Positions 3,774 to 6,959 of a stretch of 6,959 bases of DNA are shown here, in pieces. The translations under genes and the position numbers were made by a program. Every line of letters begins with the position of its first letter. The stretch's first letter is position 1. The stretch lies in the NCBI RefSeq assembly GCF_042660085.1, contig NZ_JBHSTI010000027.1, positions 1-6,959 on the forward strand. The letters are read 5' to 3'. This stretch comes from Longivirga aurantiaca (GTDB lineage Bacteria > Actinomycetota > Actinomycetes > S36-B12 > CAIYMF01). The notes under the pieces are model-generated. The model made no database searches. It was not told where the DNA came from and worked only from the letters and a program-made list of their open reading frames with translations.

Positions 3774-6509
3774 GTGATCGTGGGGAGGTCCGACGAGCTC
3801 CGCGCCTTCGAGGAGTTGCTCGACTCGCTGGCCGCCGGCCGTCCGTGCCATCTGCTGGTGGTCGGGGACGCCGGCATCGGCAAGACGGTGCTGCTGCAGG
3901 CCGCGGCCGCTGCGGCCAGGGCGCGGGGAGTGTCGGTGCTCGAGGTGACCGGCGTGCCGGGCGAGCGGGCGCTGCCGGGGGCGACGCTGTGGCTGCTCGC
4001 GTCGCGCCTGGAGGCGGTCGGCGTCGAGAGCGAGGCGATCGAGGAGCTGCGGGCGGTGTCGGCGCGCGCGTCGGCAGGGCCGCCGCTGCTGCGGGCGCTC
4101 GCCGTGGCCGCCGCGATGAGCCCCGTCCTGCTGGTCGCCGACGACGTGCACTGGTGGGACCCGCTCTCCGTGGCGGCGCTGCAGTTCGCCGCGCGCCGCC
4201 TGGCCGTAGATCCCGTGGCCGTGCTCGCCGCGGGCCGCCCCCAGGTGCTCGAGGATCGCGGCTTCGCGGCCGTCCCCCGCCTCGAGGTCGGCCCGGTGCC
4301 CCGGGACCTGGCCGGCGAGCTGGCCCGGTCGGTCGCTCCCGAGACCGTGGAGAGCGTCGCTCGCGGGCTGTGGTCGAGGCTCGGCGGCAACACCCTCGCC
4401 GTCGTGGAGACCGCCGCACGGCTCACGCCCGACGAGCAGCGCGGCACGGCGCCGGTGCCGGAGGACCTCCCGGTCGGCCCCGGGGTCGTGACGCGCTGGG
4501 CCTCGGAGGTCGACACGCTGCCGGAGCGGTCGCGGCTGGCGCTGGCCGTCCTGGCGGTCGTGTCCGCGGACGAGACCCTCGGGGCCGCGCTGTCGGCCGC
4601 AGGCGTGGACGCCGAGGACCTCCTGCCCGCGGAGGCCGGTGGGCTGGTCAGGCTGGATGCGCTGCGCTGGCAGTTCCGCCACCCCCTCGTGCGCCCGGCA
4701 GTGCTCGCGGCCGAGCCGCCCGCCACCGTGCGCCGCGCGCACGCGGCGGCGGCCGACGCCCTCGTCGGTCTCGCCACGACGCCGCACCTCGTGCTGCGCC
4801 GCGCCCGCCACCGGGCCGCGGCCGCTCTGGGGCCCGAGGCCTCCCTCGCCCGCGACCTCACGGCCGAGGCCGAGCTCCTCGCCCGGCTCGGCGCGCACGG
4901 CGCGGCCGCCGACGCGTACGACCTCGCAGCAGCGGCGGACCCGGACCCTGCCTCGGCCGCCGAGCGGCTGGCACGGGCCGCGGCGCACGCGCTCGAGGAC
5001 TTCGACGACGACTCCGCGGTCCGCCTCGGGCGGGCGGGGCTCGCGCATTCGCCCGAGCCGCGGGTGCGCGGCTCCCTGCTGCGGATCACCGGCGCGGCGC
5101 TGGGCCGTGTCCAGAATGCGACCGAGGGCCGGCACCTGCTCACGCGGAGCCTGGACCTCCTCGAGGGGCCGGAGCGCGCGGAGGCTGCGCGCGACCTGCT
5201 CTTCACCCTCGACCTGACGACGGAGCCGGAGGCCCGGGTGCGGGCGCTCGTCGACGAGCTCGGCCCCGCCGACCTCCTCGCGCCCGTCGACCGGCTCCTC
5301 CTGGCGCACACGGTCTTCCACGTCGACCCGGGCGCGGAGGCCCGCCTGACGCTCGAGCAGGCACTGCTCGCCGTCGACGACGACGAGGCCGTGGCGTCGG
5401 GGCGGACGGTGGAGACCCTCATGAACGCTGCGTTCTGCCTCGGCCTCGAGGTGTCGGCACCGCGTCTGCGCCGGGCGGTGGTGACGCTCTCGTCGTCCGG
5501 TGACCCGCGGCGGCGGCTCGAGGGGCTGGGCATCGACCAGATGCTCGCGTTCTGGGACGGTCGCTGGCGGCACCTGCTCGACATGGTCGAGGAGACCCGG
5601 GAGCTCACCGAGGCGATCGGCCGCGTCGACCTGTACTCCGACGGCCTGGAGCTGCAGGTGCTGGCCCGGCGGGCCCTCGCGGCCGAGTTCGCGCCCGTCC
5701 TCGCGCGAGCCCGGACTCTGATGTCGGCCGCCGGGATGGACTACTGGGCGGCGGCGCTGCCGGGCGAGGAGGCGATGCTGGCGCTGGCCGAGGGCCGGAC
5801 CGAGCGCGCGATCGAGCTCGTGAGCTCCGAGCTCGACCACCTCCCGGCGCACACGAGTGCGCACGCGGTGCACGCGGACCACCTCGTGACCCTGACCGAG
5901 GCCCTGGCCGACGCCGGCCGGGTCGGCGACGCCGCGGAGGTGCGCGAGCGGCTGCGGCTCATGCTCGGTGCGTCGCCCAGCGCGCTCGGCGAGGGCTTCC
6001 TCGCGCGGACCGCGGCGGCGGTGGCGGAGGACGCCGAGGTGGCCGACCTGCTCGGCGAGGCCGAGGGGTTTCTCGAGGTCGGCATGCACGTGTTCGAGCT
6101 GGCCATGACCCGGCTGCGCCTTGCCCGGTGGCTGCGGCGGCACCGTCGCCGCCGCGAGGCAGCGGAGCGCCTCGAGCTGGCGCTCGCCGCCTTCGAGCAC
6201 CTCGAGTGCCGCACCTGGGCCGACCAGTGCCGGGCGGAGCTGCGGGCGGTCGGCGTCGACGTGACCCGCCACGACCGCTACGACACCCGGGCGCAGCTGA
6301 CGGCCCAGGAGCGCCGGGTGGTCGACGTGGTCGGCGCCGGCGCGACCAACGACGAGGCTGCCCGCCAGCTCTTCCTGTCGCCGCGGACGGTGGAGGCTCA
6401 CCTCACCCACGTCTACCGCAAGCTCGGCGTCCGCGGCCGCACCGAGCTCGCCCGCCTCGCCACGGCCCACGACGGGCCGAGCTCCCGGACCCTCGTCCGC
6501 AACCCCTGA
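3774..6509 (+). CDS. LAL-type transcriptional regulator (large ATP-binding LuxR family): AAA/P-loop NTPase, helical TPR-like region and LuxR/GerE HTH (about 911 aa)
   Basis: Walker A GDAGIGKT is at 3864-3887. Walker B and the family motif VLLVADDVHWWD start at 4125. A long A/L/R/E-rich helical middle follows. The C-terminus has FEHLECRTWADQCRAELRAVG followed by the LuxR HTH LTAQERRVVDVVGAGATNDEAARQLFLSPRTVEAHLTHVYRKLGVRGRTELARL (about 6297-6458). The stop is TGA at 6507-6509. The open frame extends to the ATG at 3564, but GTG 3774 with its SD is the preferred start. The in-frame GTGs at 3681 and 3702 are alternatives. Confidence 0.9.
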   Translation: MIVGRSDELRAFEELLDSLAAGRPCHLLVVGDAGIGKTVLLQAAAAAARARGVSVLEVTGVPGERALPGATLWLLASRLEAVGVESEAIEELRAVSARASAGPPLLRALAVAAAMSPVLLVADDVHWWDPLSVAALQFAARRLAVDPVAVLAAGRPQVLEDRGFAAVPRLEVGPVPRDLAGELARSVAPETVESVARGLWSRLGGNTLAVVETAARLTPDEQRGTAPVPEDLPVGPGVVTRWASEVDTLPERSRLALAVLAVVSADETLGAALSAAGVDAEDLLPAEAGGLVRLDALRWQFRHPLVRPAVLAAEPPATVRRAHAAAADALVGLATTPHLVLRRARHRAAAALGPEASLARDLTAEAELLARLGAHGAAADAYDLAAAADPDPASAAERLARAAAHALEDFDDDSAVRLGRAGLAHSPEPRVRGSLLRITGAALGRVQNATEGRHLLTRSLDLLEGPERAEAARDLLFTLDLTTEPEARVRALVDELGPADLLAPVDRLLLAHTVFHVDPGAEARLTLEQALLAVDDDEAVASGRTVETLMNAAFCLGLEVSAPRLRRAVVTLSSSGDPRRRLEGLGIDQMLAFWDGRWRHLLDMVEETRELTEAIGRVDLYSDGLELQVLARRALAAEFAPVLARARTLMSAAGMDYWAAALPGEEAMLALAEGRTERAIELVSSELDHLPAHTSAHAVHADHLVTLTEALADAGRVGDAAEVRERLRLMLGASPSALGEGFLARTAAAVAEDAEVADLLGEAEGFLEVGMHVFELAMTRLRLARWLRRHRRRREAAERLELALAAFEHLECRTWADQCRAELRAVGVDVTRHDRYDTRAQLTAQERRVVDVVGAGATNDEAARQLFLSPRTVEAHLTHVYRKLGVRGRTELARLATAHDGPSSRTLVRNP

Positions 6510-6623
6510 CCGGCACCCCTGATCCGAGGCCGGCGCGCGCGTGACAGGTTGCGGGGTTTCCCGGATTCCCCGTACGACGGCATCGGAGAGCCTGGAGTCG
6601 TCAGGAAAGCAGGGGAACGATTC

Positions 6624-6629
6624 AGGAGG
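6624..6629 (+). promoter_or_regulatory. Shine-Dalgarno sequence (AGGAGG) for the small membrane protein ORF
   Basis: A perfect AGGAGG lies 5 nt upstream of the ATG at 6635. Confidence 0.6.
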
Positions 6630-6634
6630 CCATC

Positions 6635-6958
6635 ATGAGCACCACCGTCCCCAGCAGCCACGTTCACGTGCATCACGACACCTTCGAGAGGGCAGCGCTG
6701 ATCATGGCGCTGCTCGCTCTCGTCGCGGCTCTGGCCGCCCTTGCCGGGGTGGTCACGCACCTGGTCACCACTCCGACGACGACGGGCGTCGTCGTCTCCG
6801 CGCCCGGCCCGATGGCTGACAGTGCGGTCAAGACCGCGGGCGGCATCGTCCGGCCCTTCGAGACCGGCCTCGACCGCGCCGGCGCCTACATCCCGGTGCC
6901 GGTCCACGCCTACGCGGACCAGCCCGCCGGGATCCTCCAGCGCGGCCCGGTCTCCTAG
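6635..6958 (+). CDS. Hypothetical small single-pass membrane protein with a His-rich N-terminus (107 aa)
   Basis: It has a strong SD and ATG, and third codon positions are almost all G/C, as in the confident genes here. There is one clear TM helix (AALIMALLALVAALAALAGVVTHLV) after the N-terminal SHVHVHHD. A T/P/V-rich segment follows the helix. TAG at 6956-6958 is one base from the window end. I recognise no family. Confidence 0.6.
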   Translation: MSTTVPSSHVHVHHDTFERAALIMALLALVAALAALAGVVTHLVTTPTTTGVVVSAPGPMADSAVKTAGGIVRPFETGLDRAGAYIPVPVHAYADQPAGILQRGPVS

Positions 6959-6959
6959 C

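Noticed and set aside
3768-6470. A 900-aa ORF antisense to the LAL gene. The 648-aa antisense ORF 3662..5608 and the 605-aa same-strand alternative frame 3686..5503 belong with it.
   Set aside because: These are typical high-GC shadow ORFs. Their translations are R/G/A/P-rich low-complexity strings with no motifs. The 3774..6509 frame carries Walker A/B and a LuxR HTH, which explains the open frames.
3774-6509. Reading the P-loop/STAND-like plus repeat architecture as an Avs/NLR-type antiphage sensor.
   Set aside because: The C-terminal module is a canonical LuxR/GerE DNA-binding HTH, and the N-terminus has the LAL-family DDVHWWD motif. No nuclease, protease, TIR, SIR2 or other effector domain is visible. 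The transcription-regulator interpretation is sufficient.
6501-6545. A short duplicated CCCCTGA (6503-6509 and 6516-6522) and a weak CCGGC...GCCGG stem after the LAL stop, considered as a possible terminator.
   Set aside because: The stem is only 5 bp with a 16-nt loop and has no T-tract. It cannot be distinguished from background in GC-rich DNA.
6413-6907. A 164-aa minus-strand ORF covering the LAL 3' end, the intergenic region and the small membrane-protein gene. The plus ORF 6541..6819 belongs with it.
   Set aside because: It overlaps two better-supported plus-strand genes, has no SD, and gives an R/D/G-rich translation. The 6635..6958 frame has a perfect SD and a clean TM helix.
1-6959. 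A scan for CRISPR repeats, IS inverted repeats, transposase or integrase genes, and long tandem repeats.
   Set aside because: By eye I found no regularly spaced repeats, no terminal inverted repeats flanking any segment, and no recombinase-like translation in any frame.

Overview
Very GC-rich, actinobacterial-type DNA in two parts. Positions 1-2966 hold the conserved actinobacterial Ser/Thr-signalling and cell-wall cluster on the minus strand: the first 26 codons of a rodA/ftsW-like gene, the pstP PP2C phosphatase, fhaB/fipA and fhaA. These genes are tightly packed (a GTGA stop/start overlap and two 4-nt gaps). They diverge from a plus-strand tRNA-Leu(CAG), the same layout as M. tuberculosis Rv0017c-Rv0020c plus leuT. 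Immediately 3' of the tRNA the sequence changes character. There is a short lower-GC stretch, a strong GC hairpin, and a decayed ImmA/IrrE-like peptidase gene with no HExxH motif and an apparent frameshift. About 300 bp of coding-like sequence with no recognisable product follows. Next come a roughly 911-aa LAL-type regulator (AAA/P-loop N-terminus, helical repeat middle, LuxR/GerE HTH C-terminus) and a 107-aa His-rich single-pass membrane protein of unknown family that ends at the window edge. Most other long ORFs in the six-frame track are high-GC shadow frames. I see no CRISPR array, IS element, integrase, or recognisable defence or toxin system, and I cannot support a claim of a novel system. 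The parts most worth a second look are the tRNA-Leu-flanking gene-decay scar and the orphan LAL regulator with its unknown small membrane protein, whose downstream context is cut off by the window.
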